A stretch of 64,000 nt of DNA from Candidatus Aegiribacteria sp. GTDB lineage: Bacteria > Fermentibacterota > Fermentibacteria > Fermentibacterales > JCC-6. A program made the translations under genes and the position numbers. Below are positions 20,122 through 30,397 of this stretch, one piece after another. The DNA is taken from contig JAUWSL010000001.1 in NCBI GenBank assembly GCA_030610085.1, forward strand, positions 2,740 through 66,739. The letters are read 5' to 3'. Numbering within the stretch: the stretch's first letter is position 1; the number at the start of each line of letters is the position of its first letter. The notes beneath the pieces are model-generated. The model had not been told where the DNA came from. It worked only from the letters and a program-made list of their open reading frames with translations, and did no database searches.

Positions 20122-20159
20122 AAACACAGCTCTTGTATAGGAGTGAAGGGAGACGATAA

Positions 20160-20609
20160 GTGGAACAGCTCGTAGCATACATGGGAATTGCCCTGGCGTG
20201 CGCACTTGCGGGGATAGGATCAGCCATAGGCGTGGGAATAGCTGCCCAGGCCAGCACCGGTGTAATGAGCGTAGATCCGGGTAAATTCGGAAAACTCCTT
20301 CTTCTTTCGGCGTTACCGGGAACCCAGGGGATATACGGTTTCGTAATAGCCTTCCTTCTGCTTGGCAAAGTTGTTCCGGACATGGATATGCATGTCTCCT
20401 GGCAGATATTCACAGCGGGAATCCCTATAGCGCTTGCCGGACTCTTTTCCGGTATTCACCAGGGGAAGGTTTGCGCCGGTGGCGCGATGATGACAGCCAA
20501 GCAGCCGGATGATTCCGCAAAGTCCCTTATTCTTGCGGTTTTTGTTGAGTTTTACGCAATTCTGGGCTTCCTCGTTTCGTTCCTCATGCTTCAGGGCATA
20601 GGGGGGTAA
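20160..20609 (+). CDS. atpK: V/A-type ATPase proteolipid subunit K (c-ring)
   Basis: The 149-aa protein has 4 TM helices and is Gly/Ala-rich (GIALACALAGIGSAIGVGIAAQ…). It is a duplicated c-subunit hairpin. Confidence 0.85.
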   Translation: MEQLVAYMGIALACALAGIGSAIGVGIAAQASTGVMSVDPGKFGKLLLLSALPGTQGIYGFVIAFLLLGKVVPDMDMHVSWQIFTAGIPIALAGLFSGIHQGKVCAGGAMMTAKQPDDSAKSLILAVFVEFYAILGFLVSFLMLQGIGG

Positions 20610-20616
20610 CGAGAAG

Positions 20617-21204
20617 ATGTCTCTCGAAGCGATCCTTTCAAAGATAGAAGGAGAGGCCAGGCAGAAGGCGGAGGCGATACTTGAAGCTGCAGAGAAAGAA
20701 AAGAAAACAGCTCTCCAGGCCAATGCAGAAGAGCTTGATGAAAATCACGGCAGGGAAGTAGAGAAAATCAGATCCGGTATCGAAGAAGAACGGAAGAGAA
20801 AAGAATTTCACGTTCGCAGGGAATCGGCCAGGAAGATGATGAATGCCAGAAGGACCATGATGGATGACGCTATCGTAAAAGCGTCGGGGAACCTCGTTTC
20901 AGCTGGTGACTCGGAGTATCTCGAGATGATATCTTCTCTTCTCGCAGGCTGTGATCTGAAAGGAAAGGTCGAAGTTGTAATATCCTCCAAAGATGAGTCT
21001 CGCATAACTTCCGGGTATCTGAAAAAACACTCCGGGAAAGATCGCGAATTCGTCCTTTCCGCTGAACGTCATGACGAGACCGGAGGTGTTATCTTCAAAA
21101 CCGGGAAGATCAGCCAGAATGGGACATTCCCGATGATAGCAGAACTTGTTCACGAGGATATTGTGATGATGCTTACCGATCTCATACCTCTGCAGAAGAG
21201 CTGA
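20617..21204 (+). CDS. atpE: V/A-type ATPase subunit E
   Basis: The 195-aa protein has the N-terminal charged helix MSLEAILSKIEGEARQKAEAILEAAEKEK typical of subunit E. Confidence 0.8.
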   Translation: MSLEAILSKIEGEARQKAEAILEAAEKEKKTALQANAEELDENHGREVEKIRSGIEEERKRKEFHVRRESARKMMNARRTMMDDAIVKASGNLVSAGDSEYLEMISSLLAGCDLKGKVEVVISSKDESRITSGYLKKHSGKDREFVLSAERHDETGGVIFKTGKISQNGTFPMIAELVHEDIVMMLTDLIPLQKS

Positions 21205-21207
21205 TTC

Positions 21208-22182
21208 ATGGCAGTGGGTTTCATCTATGCCAATGGCAGAATTAGTGGCGAGGAAACAACACTTCTGGACCAGCGCATGTGGCAGATGCTCTTATCATCG
21301 GGCAGTGAAGAAGAAGCTATGAGACTTCTCGGTGACACCTGGTACGGCGGCTTCATGCAGTACCACTGCATGGAAGACTGTTTTATCAAAGCTATGGAAG
21401 CAACAGAAGAAGAGCTTATTGACCTGAGTGAGGATGAACGACTTACACGGAGCCTCCTGCACCGCAGAGACGTGAGAAACGCAAGGTATATATGGAAGGA
21501 AATCCTTTCAGGGAACGATTCTGAGGACGGAATAGAGGTTGAACGGCCCGGTCTGATAGAGATAGAGACGCTCAGAAAAGCAGTTAACTCGGACGAAGCC
21601 CGGGATGAGCTTCCACCTCTTTTCCTGCGGACGATAGAGGATCTTCTTGAGATTGACAGGATTGACGTAGCTGAAGTTGACAGAAGGATGGATCAGCTTG
21701 CCGCAGCCGTTGAAAGCGACGAGCTTATAGAGATAAACTCCGGTTTCAGAACATTCGTCATGACGAACATCGAACAGAGGAATTTTCTTACAGCTGGAAG
21801 GTGCAGCATTAACGATGTTTCCAGACAGGAATTACGAAAAATGCTTCTGCCCGGGGGGTATCATACGAAAGATGAAATAGAAGAAGCCTATCAACGGAGA
21901 ACATTACCAGATCTGCTTGTTGAAACTCCGGGATTTGACGAAACGGGAGCTGCATTCGAGGAAGCTTTACAGACGGGTTTCTTTTTAAAATTTGAGAGGG
22001 AATGTGACAGAAGGCTGCTGGATCTGCTTGAAAAGGGTGCTTTTCCCGTCTTCGGGCCATCCCCTCTGGCTGCTTTCGTGATAAGCCGTGAAATGGAAAT
22101 AAGTCACCTCAGGTTGCTTCTTGCCGCAAAATCCGCCGGCGTAGGAGAAGGCATACTTAAAAAACGGCTGCCGCGTGGATAG
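21208..22182 (+). CDS. atpC: V/A-type ATPase subunit C (d)
   Basis: The 324-aa helical protein lies between E and F in the conserved order I-K-E-C-F-A-B-D. Confidence 0.7.
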   Translation: MAVGFIYANGRISGEETTLLDQRMWQMLLSSGSEEEAMRLLGDTWYGGFMQYHCMEDCFIKAMEATEEELIDLSEDERLTRSLLHRRDVRNARYIWKEILSGNDSEDGIEVERPGLIEIETLRKAVNSDEARDELPPLFLRTIEDLLEIDRIDVAEVDRRMDQLAAAVESDELIEINSGFRTFVMTNIEQRNFLTAGRCSINDVSRQELRKMLLPGGYHTKDEIEEAYQRRTLPDLLVETPGFDETGAAFEEALQTGFFLKFERECDRRLLDLLEKGAFPVFGPSPLAAFVISREMEISHLRLLLAAKSAGVGEGILKKRLPRG

Positions 22183-22190
22183 GAGACGGT

Positions 22191-22520
22191 ATGGCTGAGG
22201 GCAAGATAGCGTTCATAGGAGATGCTGACTCGGTACTCGGATTCCGGGCGCTGGGCGTGGAAACGGTAGTTCCTGAGAATGCTGACTCGGCTCGGGAGCA
22301 ATTTGCAAGGCTTGTAAAGGAGAAAATCTCCATCATCATGATAACCGAAAACATGATGGACGATCTCCAGGAACAGATAGAAGAAACGGTTCATATGGCA
22401 ATTCCATCGGTTGTTGTTCTTCCCGGAATAACGGGCACTCAGAAGCGGGGAGAGACTACGATAAGGGAGCTTATCATAAAGGCAGTCGGTGTTGATCTGA
22501 TGTCCGAGGAACAGAAGTAA
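22191..22520 (+). CDS. atpF: V/A-type ATPase subunit F
   Basis: The 109-aa protein starts MAEGKIAFIGDADSVLGFRALGVE, typical of subunit F. Confidence 0.8.
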   Translation: MAEGKIAFIGDADSVLGFRALGVETVVPENADSAREQFARLVKEKISIIMITENMMDDLQEQIEETVHMAIPSVVVLPGITGTQKRGETTIRELIIKAVGVDLMSEEQK

Positions 22521-22561
22521 TAAAGACCCGCTAAAAACCCGCAACCCACCGGAGGCGACGG

Positions 22562-24331
22562 ATGATAAGGGGAACGATAGACAAGATAGCAGGTCCGCTG
22601 GTTGTTGCGGACGGAATGAAGGATTCCAGGATGTACGACCTGGTATACGTATCCGATTACAGATTAATCGGCGAAATAATAGAGCTTAAAGGAGACAAGG
22701 CATCTATACAGGTATATGAGGAGACCGGAGGGCTGAAGCCTGGCGACCCGGTGACAGCTACCGGAGAACCCCTCTCGGTCGAACTTGGCCCCGGACTTGT
22801 AACCGCCATATATGACGGTATTCAACGACCCCTTGATGAAATACGCAAGGAGGCAGGTGACTGGATCACACGGGGAATAAGCATAAGAGGCCTTGATCAT
22901 GAGAAGGAATTGGATTTCTCACCTGTCGCTATTGTTGGTCTCGAAGTTACCGGTGGCGAGATCCTGGGCTCCGTTCCAGAAACAAAGATCATCACCCATA
23001 AAGTCATGGTTCCGCCTGCGGTTTCGGGTGAAATCACATGGATGATAAAAGCCGGAAAGTACAATATCGATACAGTTATAGCAAAACTGAAGACTTCAGA
23101 CGGAGCGGTTGTTGAATTGCCTATGTACCACAACTGGCCTGTAAGAAAACCAAGACCCATTGCGGAGAAAATGGCACCGGAGGAACCGCTTGTTACAGGA
23201 CAAAGGGTTATAGACGCGTTCTTCCCCCTGGGTAAGGGAGGAACCGCCTGCGTTCCAGGTCCTTTCGGCAGCGGCAAAACGGTTATTCAGCACCAGCTTG
23301 CCAAATGGGCGGATGCCGAAATGGTGGTTTACGTCGGATGTGGAGAACGAGGCAATGAAATGACCGATGTTCTTCAGGAATTCCCGGAACTCGAAGATCC
23401 CAAAAGCGGAGAACCGCTCATTTTCAGAACCGTTCTTGTAGCCAATACGAGCAACATGCCTGTGGCCGCAAGGGAAGCAAGTGTTTACACCGGTATAACG
23501 ATCGGGGAGTATTTCAGGGACATGGGGTATTCCGTTGCCCTTATGGCCGATTCAACAAGCAGATGGGCGGAGGCGATGAGGGAGATGTCCGGAAGGCTTG
23601 AGGAGATGCCCGGTGAAGAGGGGTATCCCGCATACCTTGGAACCAGGATCGCTGAATTCTACGAACGCGCCGGTAATGTGAAATGTATAGGAGGGGACAG
23701 GAACGGCGCGCTGACTGTGGTTGGAGCTGTGAGCCCGGCCGGAGGAGACCTTTCAGATCCTGTGGTTCAGGCTACGCTAAGAGTTGTTAAGGTGTTCTGG
23801 AGTCTGCAGGCAAGGCTGGCTTACGCAAGGCATTTTCCGGCAATAGGATGGCTTGACAGCTACTCCCTCTACACGGATAACCTCAAGGAGTATTACGACG
23901 AGAAGCTCGGCACCGGGTGGGTTCCAATGGTAAAGGAAGCCATCTCCCTGCTTCAGCAGGAAGCCAATCTGCTGGAAATAGCCAGACTGGTGGGAGCTGA
24001 GTCACTCTCAGCCGAAGACCAGCTGATCCTGTTCACCGCAAGGTCCCTAAGGGAGGATTTTCTGCACCAGAATGCCTTCCATGAGGTAGACACATACACT
24101 TCGATCACAAAGCAGAAATTGATGATGGAAGTCATAATGCATACAAATGCGGAGATGAAGAAAGCCATCCGCAGCAATGTAACACCCGTAGATCTTTTTG
24201 AGCTCCCCCTTAAGGAGGAGATCGCAAGAATGAGTTACATTCCCGAAGATCGTATCGACGATATAGAAGTAATTATAGAACATATTAATTCGCAGATCAA
24301 CGATCTGATAGATAAAGAGCAGACCGCGTAG
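22562..24331 (+). CDS. atpA: V/A-type ATPase catalytic subunit A
   Basis: The P-loop GPFGSGKTV is present and the protein is 589 aa. It contains the non-homologous insert region typical of A subunits. Confidence 0.92.
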   Translation: MIRGTIDKIAGPLVVADGMKDSRMYDLVYVSDYRLIGEIIELKGDKASIQVYEETGGLKPGDPVTATGEPLSVELGPGLVTAIYDGIQRPLDEIRKEAGDWITRGISIRGLDHEKELDFSPVAIVGLEVTGGEILGSVPETKIITHKVMVPPAVSGEITWMIKAGKYNIDTVIAKLKTSDGAVVELPMYHNWPVRKPRPIAEKMAPEEPLVTGQRVIDAFFPLGKGGTACVPGPFGSGKTVIQHQLAKWADAEMVVYVGCGERGNEMTDVLQEFPELEDPKSGEPLIFRTVLVANTSNMPVAAREASVYTGITIGEYFRDMGYSVALMADSTSRWAEAMREMSGRLEEMPGEEGYPAYLGTRIAEFYERAGNVKCIGGDRNGALTVVGAVSPAGGDLSDPVVQATLRVVKVFWSLQARLAYARHFPAIGWLDSYSLYTDNLKEYYDEKLGTGWVPMVKEAISLLQQEANLLEIARLVGAESLSAEDQLILFTARSLREDFLHQNAFHEVDTYTSITKQKLMMEVIMHTNAEMKKAIRSNVTPVDLFELPLKEEIARMSYIPEDRIDDIEVIIEHINSQINDLIDKEQTA

Positions 24332-24343
24332 GAGGGCGGGGAT

Positions 24344-25741
24344 ATGATTAGAGAATACAAAACGACAGTAGAGATATCCGGTCCACTGATGCTGGTAGAC
24401 GGGGTCGAAGGAGTCGCGTACGAGGAACTGGTGGAGATTCAACTTCCCGATGGAGAGATTCGCCACGGCAAGGTTCTCGAAATTGACAGTCGCATGGCCC
24501 TGGTACAGCTCTTTGAGGGCAGCAGCGGAACGAGTATAACGGAAAGCAGGGTGCGCTTCCTCGGGAAACAGGTTGAACTTGGTGTTTCCGAGGAGATGCT
24601 GGGCAGAGTTTTTGACGGTCAGGGAAGACCAAGAGCCCCATTCGATACGGCACCTCCGATAGTTCCCGAGAAGATGATGGATATAAATGGGGCTCCCATC
24701 AATCCCTACGCCAGGGATTACCCGGCGGAGTTCATTCAGACAGGCTTCAGCTCGATAGACGGTATTAATACACTGGTCAGAGGCCAGAAACTCCCGGTGT
24801 TCAGCGGAAGCGGACTTCCACACGCAGCCGTTGCTGCACAGATCGCCCGGCAGGCTAAGGTCACAGGCGGTGGCGAAAGCTTTGCAGTTGTCTTCGCAGC
24901 CATGGGTATAACGTTCGAGGAGGCCGATTACTTCATCCGTGATTTCAGGAATACAGGAGCCATGGACAGGGCGGTTGTGTTCCTGAATCTGGCGAGTGAC
25001 CCCGCTATCGAACGTATCTCAACTCCAAGAATGGCCCTCACCGCAGCCGAGTACCTCGCATACGAAAAGGATATGCACATCCTTGTCATCCTTACGGATA
25101 TGACCAACTACTGTGACGCGCTTAGGGAAATATCTGCGGCGAGGAAAGAAGTTCCAGGAAGAAGGGGATATCCAGGGTACCTCTATACCGACCTTGCTTC
25201 GATTTACGAGCGTGCCGGGAGGATCAAGGGCCGGAAGGGATCAATAACACAGATCCCTATTCTGACAATGCCCGAAGACGATAAAACTCATCCAATTCCA
25301 GATCTTACCGGATACATCACCGAGGGGCAGCTCATCCTCAACAGAGAGCTTCATAAGAAGGGCATATATCCACCCATGGACGTTATGGAGTCACTCTCAA
25401 GGTTGAAGGACAAGGGAATCGGAAAGGACAAGACCCGTGAGGACCACGCGGACCTGTTCAACCAGCTGATGGCAGCATACTCCGCCGGCAAGGATGCCAA
25501 GGAACTGGCGGTAATACTCGGAGCTGCCGCACTTAGCCCCCTTGACCAGAAGTACCTTAAATTCGCAGACGAGTACGAGAAGAGGTACATCAGCCAGGGG
25601 GAGCACGAGAACAGGAACATAGAAGAAACCCTTGATCTCGGCTGGGAACTTCTGAAACTCCTGCCAAGAGGAGAGATGAAGAGAATAGACCCCGCACGGC
25701 TTGATAAGTACTGGCCCGAGGGAAAAGAAGTATCAGCCTGA
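24344..25741 (+). CDS. atpB: V/A-type ATPase subunit B
   Basis: The 465-aa protein carries the degenerate nucleotide-site sequence [18 protein letters not shown] characteristic of B subunits. Confidence 0.92.
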   Translation: MIREYKTTVEISGPLMLVDGVEGVAYEELVEIQLPDGEIRHGKVLEIDSRMALVQLFEGSSGTSITESRVRFLGKQVELGVSEEMLGRVFDGQGRPRAPFDTAPPIVPEKMMDINGAPINPYARDYPAEFIQTGFSSIDGINTLVRGQKLPVFSGSGLPHAAVAAQIARQAKVTGGGESFAVVFAAMGITFEEADYFIRDFRNTGAMDRAVVFLNLASDPAIERISTPRMALTAAEYLAYEKDMHILVILTDMTNYCDALREISAARKEVPGRRGYPGYLYTDLASIYERAGRIKGRKGSITQIPILTMPEDDKTHPIPDLTGYITEGQLILNRELHKKGIYPPMDVMESLSRLKDKGIGKDKTREDHADLFNQLMAAYSAGKDAKELAVILGAAALSPLDQKYLKFADEYEKRYISQGEHENRNIEETLDLGWELLKLLPRGEMKRIDPARLDKYWPEGKEVSA

Positions 25742-26415
25742 TGGCCATTGTTGTCAGTGCAACCCGAATGGAGCTGCTTCAGAGGCGCAAGAAGGTAAAA
25801 CTTGCACAGAGGGGGCACAAGCTTCTCAAGGACAAGCTCGATGAACTCATGCGTCAGTTCAAAATACTTATTTCGGATTATGAAGGCGCACGGGAAGAAC
25901 TGGAGAAGGAGCTCAGCCTTGCTTACGGCGAATTTCTCTTTGCGCGGGCGGCAATGACCGAACCGGGCTTGCTTGACGCTCTCCGATATCCCGGAGCAGA
26001 GGCCAGAGTTACCACTTCTACGAGGAAGATAATGAACCTGGTTCTGCCCGTCTTTGACGTATCGATAGAGGGAAATGTACGAAACTATGGAATGTTCGAT
26101 ACGCCGGTGGAGCTTGATCAGTCGCTGAAGGTTTATAAGGTGCTTCTTCCCAGGATCATTAAACTGGCAGAGCACGAGAAGGCCATCAGCCTGCTGGCAA
26201 GGGAGATAGATTCGACCAGGAGGAGAGTGAACGCCCTGGAATACAAGCTGATCCCGGAGCTGGAAGAAGCCATTAGAGCTATACGTCTCAAGCTGGACGA
26301 AATGGAGCGCGGAAACCTTACGAGACTGATGAAGGTGAAGTCAATGGTGGAGGAAAAGAGGGAAAAAAGCCGCACCAGATACCTGGGCCGGGCTTACCTT
26401 TCTAACCTTTTCTGA
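25741..26415 (+). CDS. atpD: V/A-type ATPase subunit D
   Basis: The 224-aa protein starts [36 protein letters not shown], the canonical subunit D N-terminus. Its start overlaps the atpB stop (ATGA). Confidence 0.9.
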   Translation: MAIVVSATRMELLQRRKKVKLAQRGHKLLKDKLDELMRQFKILISDYEGAREELEKELSLAYGEFLFARAAMTEPGLLDALRYPGAEARVTTSTRKIMNLVLPVFDVSIEGNVRNYGMFDTPVELDQSLKVYKVLLPRIIKLAEHEKAISLLAREIDSTRRRVNALEYKLIPELEEAIRAIRLKLDEMERGNLTRLMKVKSMVEEKREKSRTRYLGRAYLSNLF

Positions 26416-26497
26416 CCGGATACTTGATATTCCGTCTTTAATAGTTTATTAATTATATGCTGTATATCGCTGTGAAATTCAATCATGGAGGGAAAAA

Positions 26498-27091
26498 ATG
26501 AAATCTGTCTTTATTGCTGTACTGCTCCTTGCTCTCTCTCAGATGGCCTTTGCCGACATTACCGAAAACTACGGCTGGGAAGGCACGGAGACCATTCTTG
26601 GTAACTATGGGGACATAATCGCAACAATAGCAACTGACCCCGTGCATTCCGGATCACAATCACTTTGCCTTGAGGACGCTGCAGCTTCAGGAACACCCCA
26701 GGCATACATTGCCTGGGTTGTCGGGCTTGAGGATGGCGATGAAGTGACGGCGAGCTTCTGGCGATACGACACAACACCCCTGGCTTCTCCCTCCTGCAGA
26801 ATCTGGGCTCACTGGAACGACGACCCCAACGATGTAAACGGACACAACGGCAGCGCGAGCGGTAACGATGATTACGGTAACGGTGAAGGCTGGGATGAAA
26901 CATCCTGGACGTGGACTGTTGTAGAAGGCCATACAGGCCTGGTAATCGAGTGCAGGACATATTCAGAGGCTGGTGACATCGTCTGGATAGATGATATGAT
27001 CGTTACCGCGCCGGATAACGCAACCATCTGGACCCCGGGTAACCTTGCTCTTCAGAACAGCACATGGGCTGATATAAAGGCTGCATTCTAG
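26498..27091 (+). CDS. secreted hypothetical protein with a signal peptide and a conserved C-terminal tail
   Basis: The signal peptide MKSVFIAVLLLALSQMAFA is followed by an acidic, Trp-rich domain. The protein ends …LQNSTWADIKAAF, a tail shared with ORF 28626-29456. Confidence 0.65.
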   Translation: MKSVFIAVLLLALSQMAFADITENYGWEGTETILGNYGDIIATIATDPVHSGSQSLCLEDAAASGTPQAYIAWVVGLEDGDEVTASFWRYDTTPLASPSCRIWAHWNDDPNDVNGHNGSASGNDDYGNGEGWDETSWTWTVVEGHTGLVIECRTYSEAGDIVWIDDMIVTAPDNATIWTPGNLALQNSTWADIKAAF

Positions 27092-27771
27092 AAAAGCTCA
27101 CCGAGTTTCTCAACCATACTTACCGCCCCCTCGTATACCTCCGCGGGGCCGGCTGCCAGCATGTAGGCCGGTGTAGTTACCAGTTTTCTTTCCTTATCAA
27201 CGACGCAGTCGTTCACTGCACAATTCACATGAACCGCTCCCATTGAATTGACTGCATCGGCGGTTTCGGGATGGCTGCCGATGGTCAGCCTTGCACCCGG
27301 TATCGTTCTTGCAAGTATTACCGGAGCTATGCACATGGCAGCTATTGGTTTTCCGGATTGAAGGGCATCGCTGAGAAGACTCTCCACTTCAGCATTTACT
27401 GAGCACTCCGGTCCATCGGACGCGAAGGAGCATAATGTAAGAGCAGCCCCGAAACCTCCTGGAAAGAGAACAGCATCGTAATCTTCCGGCCTGAGATCGG
27501 AGAGGGATTTAATATCTCCCCTTGCTATTCTAGCCCCTTCTTTAAGCGCGTTTCTCGCCTGTGCTTCGGATTTCTCCGTGCTGTGGTCAACGGTAGCGGT
27601 CTGCTGAACATCCGGCGCCGTGAAGACGACTTCGTAACCCGCCCTGTCCAGAGCTATGAGCGCTGCGACAGCTTCGTGTATCTCCGAACCGTCCTTTACC
27701 CCGCACCCGCTGAGCACAAATGCAACTTTCTTTCCCATATTACCCTCCATATCAGTATAATCACTTTTCAA
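27088..27771 (-). CDS. elbB: DJ-1/PfpI-family protein, ElbB-like (glyoxalase/isoprenoid-biosynthesis type)
   Basis: It contains KKVAFVLSGCGVKDGSEIHEAV…AAMCIAPVIL with the nucleophile-elbow Cys. The protein is about 217-227 aa. The true start is probably the internal ATG near 27738. Confidence 0.75.
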   Translation of the reverse strand: MKSDYTDMEGNMGKKVAFVLSGCGVKDGSEIHEAVAALIALDRAGYEVVFTAPDVQQTATVDHSTEKSEAQARNALKEGARIARGDIKSLSDLRPEDYDAVLFPGGFGAALTLCSFASDGPECSVNAEVESLLSDALQSGKPIAAMCIAPVILARTIPGARLTIGSHPETADAVNSMGAVHVNCAVNDCVVDKERKLVTTPAYMLAAGPAEVYEGAVSMVEKLGELF

Positions 27772-27872
27772 TTCAACTGATACTACATGAATCCTCTGCA
27801 GTCCACCGTATTCAAGGCTTTGCCTGATCGAAACGGTAATGTATCTTCCAAGTAACTACAGGAGGAGGCAAG

Positions 27873-28544
27873 ATGTCCAAGGTGATCATATCCATCATGT
27901 TTTTTGCACTGATGTTCTCATCATGCTATTACGGAGCCATGCAGGGGGCTCACACCCTGGGGAAAGACCATATTACTATAACCGGTGGAGTTACCCTCCC
28001 CGCATATTTCTCGGCCGAATCAAAACAGGAGGCCGAAGAGAACAGAATAGATTTCCTTGAAACCTATCCAACCGTGGATTTTTCCATCGGTGCAACCGAG
28101 AGAATTGATCTTGGTTTTTCATCCTTCGGTTACGGAATAGGTCCTATGGTCAAGTACAATCTACTGAATCCGGAAGGCCCCACAGCGCTATCCGGCACGC
28201 TTAACATGAATTACGTGATCCCGATGCAGGTAATGCTTCCCAGGCTTTCTATCTGCGCCGGACACATGTTCGACAGGGACCTTGAGGTATTCGCCGGAAG
28301 CGACGTCGGCTACGGTCCCGACCTGGCAAATATTCCCGAATCAGATGATGGCTCACATGACTGGGATTCTGTGGACAACACCTTCTTCGCCTGTGTACGT
28401 ATCGGCTGCAAATACGAGCTGAAGCCTCCGGGCAGCCCGAACCAGAACATGGCATACATCCCCGAATCCATACTTTTCCAGTTCTCGATACCTCTTGATC
28501 TGTCAAGAAGCATGATACTGGCCGGGCTTGCCGTAACGTACTGA
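27873..28544 (+). CDS. small outer-membrane beta-barrel-like lipoprotein candidate
   Basis: It has an N-terminal signal with a lipobox-like MFSSC sequence. The pattern is Gly/aromatic-rich and amphipathic, and the C-terminus ends in an aromatic residue (…LAGLAVTY). Confidence 0.45.
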   Translation: MSKVIISIMFFALMFSSCYYGAMQGAHTLGKDHITITGGVTLPAYFSAESKQEAEENRIDFLETYPTVDFSIGATERIDLGFSSFGYGIGPMVKYNLLNPEGPTALSGTLNMNYVIPMQVMLPRLSICAGHMFDRDLEVFAGSDVGYGPDLANIPESDDGSHDWDSVDNTFFACVRIGCKYELKPPGSPNQNMAYIPESILFQFSIPLDLSRSMILAGLAVTY

Positions 28545-28573
28545 ACACAAGAATTTTTCAAGATACAGAAAAA

Positions 28574-28599
28574 GGGGACATGAAATAATTCATGTCCCC
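28574..28599 (-). terminator. intrinsic-terminator-like hairpin serving the minus-strand gene 28626-29456
   Basis: A perfect 11-bp stem GGGGACATGAA/TTCATGTCCCC with a 4-nt loop is followed, on the minus strand, by a TTTTTCT run (plus-strand A-run at 28569-28573). Confidence 0.5.
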
Positions 28600-28625
28600 C
28601 TGAATCATCATGAATTAATGCTTTG

Positions 28626-29456
28626 CTAGAAAATGGCCTTAATCGATCCCCAGGTTTCGCGCTGAAGCAGTGTGCTGACCGTGCCTGGAGTAGGCAATGC
28701 CTCAAGCCATGTATCGCTGAGGTTCTCGCTTGTCTCATCATGGCCTGTTATACCGTTTCCGCCGGTTAAGGTTTCGAATCCCTCCCACAGGTCAAGTCTC
28801 TGGAAAGTATTTCCATAAGCATGCCCCTCGGAATAGATTGCATTCTGGCTTGCCTCGGGAGTATCATCCAGGTAAGTGGAAGTGTTGATGGTTATGTAAC
28901 TCTTGTCAACGAATTCTCCTTCATCATCACCCCAGACAGCGTAATCGATGTCGTAACAGAGATCGTCACTGTCAGAAGAGTCATCGTAAGAAAAGAGGGT
29001 AAGAGTCTCACCCGAGTTGGTCAGGCCGGCGGTTGCACCGGCAAAACCGTTCGTCGGGACGATCATGACTGTTGCGCCGCCGCCGGTTCCCATAATGTCG
29101 TAATCGGCCTGTTGAGCATACTCACCTTCAAATGCTGAACCGCTCATAGCGATAACGATGACCTGTCCGGGAGCGATCTCGTCCCCTGGAGGGAATTTGA
29201 CAAGGAAATCGTAGGCACTCTGGTACGCAATTGGCCCGAGGGCGATCTGTGGATAGAAATCTTCGACACACGAGCTGTCACCGTACAGATCCGTGATGTG
29301 TACGTAAGTCAGCGAAACTGTGGATTCCGTAGGGTTATAGATCTCTACGAACTCTCCGGCAGTTGGAGTATCACAGAATTCTGTCAGAAGAAGGTGGTCG
29401 GCTGCGGCAAAAGCCATCGCGGTGGTTAATAGACAAAGAACAACGACAAATTTCAT
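28626..29456 (-). CDS. secreted protein with an N-terminal lamin-tail-domain (LTD)-like region and a conserved C-terminal tail
   Basis: The signal peptide is MKFVVVLCLLTTAMAFAAA. An LTD-like motif follows (LLLTEFCDTPTAGEFVEIYNPTESTVSL). The protein ends …LQRETWGSIKAIF, matching the tail of ORF 26498-27091. Confidence 0.65.
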   Translation of the reverse strand: MKFVVVLCLLTTAMAFAAADHLLLTEFCDTPTAGEFVEIYNPTESTVSLTYVHITDLYGDSSCVEDFYPQIALGPIAYQSAYDFLVKFPPGDEIAPGQVIVIAMSGSAFEGEYAQQADYDIMGTGGGATVMIVPTNGFAGATAGLTNSGETLTLFSYDDSSDSDDLCYDIDYAVWGDDEGEFVDKSYITINTSTYLDDTPEASQNAIYSEGHAYGNTFQRLDLWEGFETLTGGNGITGHDETSENLSDTWLEALPTPGTVSTLLQRETWGSIKAIF

Positions 29457-29572
29457 ACTTGAACCATCCTTTCAATAATTACACATATTACAAAATCAAT
29501 ATAATCAAGGAACCGGCCATCAGCAAATGAAGCACGGTAATAATTAATGCAATTTATACGAAAAGAGATGAT

Positions 29573-30385
29573 ATGAATCTGGCGGATATGCATGTTCATA
29601 CAAGTGACTCCCCGGACGCTGATATCCCTGCCTGGAGGCTTGTGCAGAAGGGAATAGAGAACAATCTTGCCGGTATTGGATTCGTTGCACATCTTGATCT
29701 GGACCCTGAGGATTTCTGCTACGGAGGTTTCAACGAAGGAAAATTTGACGAATCAATAAACTGCGCCATGAATGAATCAAGAGGACGAATATCCGTAATG
29801 AAGGGTCTTGAAGTCGGGGAACCGCACATCTATGAAGAACAGGTGAAGAAACTTGTTGATTATTCGGATTACGATTTCATAACCGGAGCTCTCCATTCGC
29901 TGGAGGGGATCGGAATGGTTCTGGGCTGCGAAGCTTATATGGATAGAGACCCTCTTGAGATCGTTGAGGAATACTACACCGAAACCCTCAGGATGGTTAA
30001 GGTTTCTGATATTGATATTCTTGCACACATGGGCCTGTTCAGAAGAGGACTGGCCCTTGCCGGGCTGAAGCATGATTTCAATGAAATAGAACTCTGGCCT
30101 GATACAATAGAAGAAATTCTGAAAGTTATCATCGAAAGAAACATAGCCCTTGAGCTCAATACCTCAGGTCTACGCAGAAAAGAGGAAAGTACTTACCCGA
30201 TTTCCGAAATTCTTGAACTGTTCAGAGAGCTTGGCGGAACCCTTGTAACAGTTGGTTCGGATACTCATAGAGAGCCACATGTTTTCTATGGCCTTGATAA
30301 GGGAGCTGAACTCCTTCTGAAAACGGGATTCGGGGAGATCCGCACTTTTCATGAACGGACTCCACAAGCCTTCGCGCTGAAATAA
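29573..30385 (+). CDS. PHP-family phosphoesterase (histidinol-phosphatase-like)
   Basis: The N-terminal PHP motif ADMHVHTSDSPDAD and downstream His/Asp metal ligands (…LAHMG…GSDTH) are present. The protein is 270 aa. Confidence 0.7.
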   Translation: MNLADMHVHTSDSPDADIPAWRLVQKGIENNLAGIGFVAHLDLDPEDFCYGGFNEGKFDESINCAMNESRGRISVMKGLEVGEPHIYEEQVKKLVDYSDYDFITGALHSLEGIGMVLGCEAYMDRDPLEIVEEYYTETLRMVKVSDIDILAHMGLFRRGLALAGLKHDFNEIELWPDTIEEILKVIIERNIALELNTSGLRRKEESTYPISEILELFRELGGTLVTVGSDTHREPHVFYGLDKGAELLLKTGFGEIRTFHERTPQAFALK

Positions 30386-30397
30386 TTTATTCTAAAG

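Noticed and set aside
24047-26175. Long minus-strand ORFs (258 aa, 274 aa) across atpA, atpB and atpD
   Set aside because: They are antisense to catalytic V-ATPase subunits whose frames carry P-loop and signature motifs. They probably arise because GC-rich coding regions lack stops in the antisense frames.
26559-26960. Arg-rich 133-aa minus-strand ORF
   Set aside because: It is antisense to the signal-peptide protein 26498-27091. Its extreme Arg/Cys/Pro composition is typical of out-of-frame translation.
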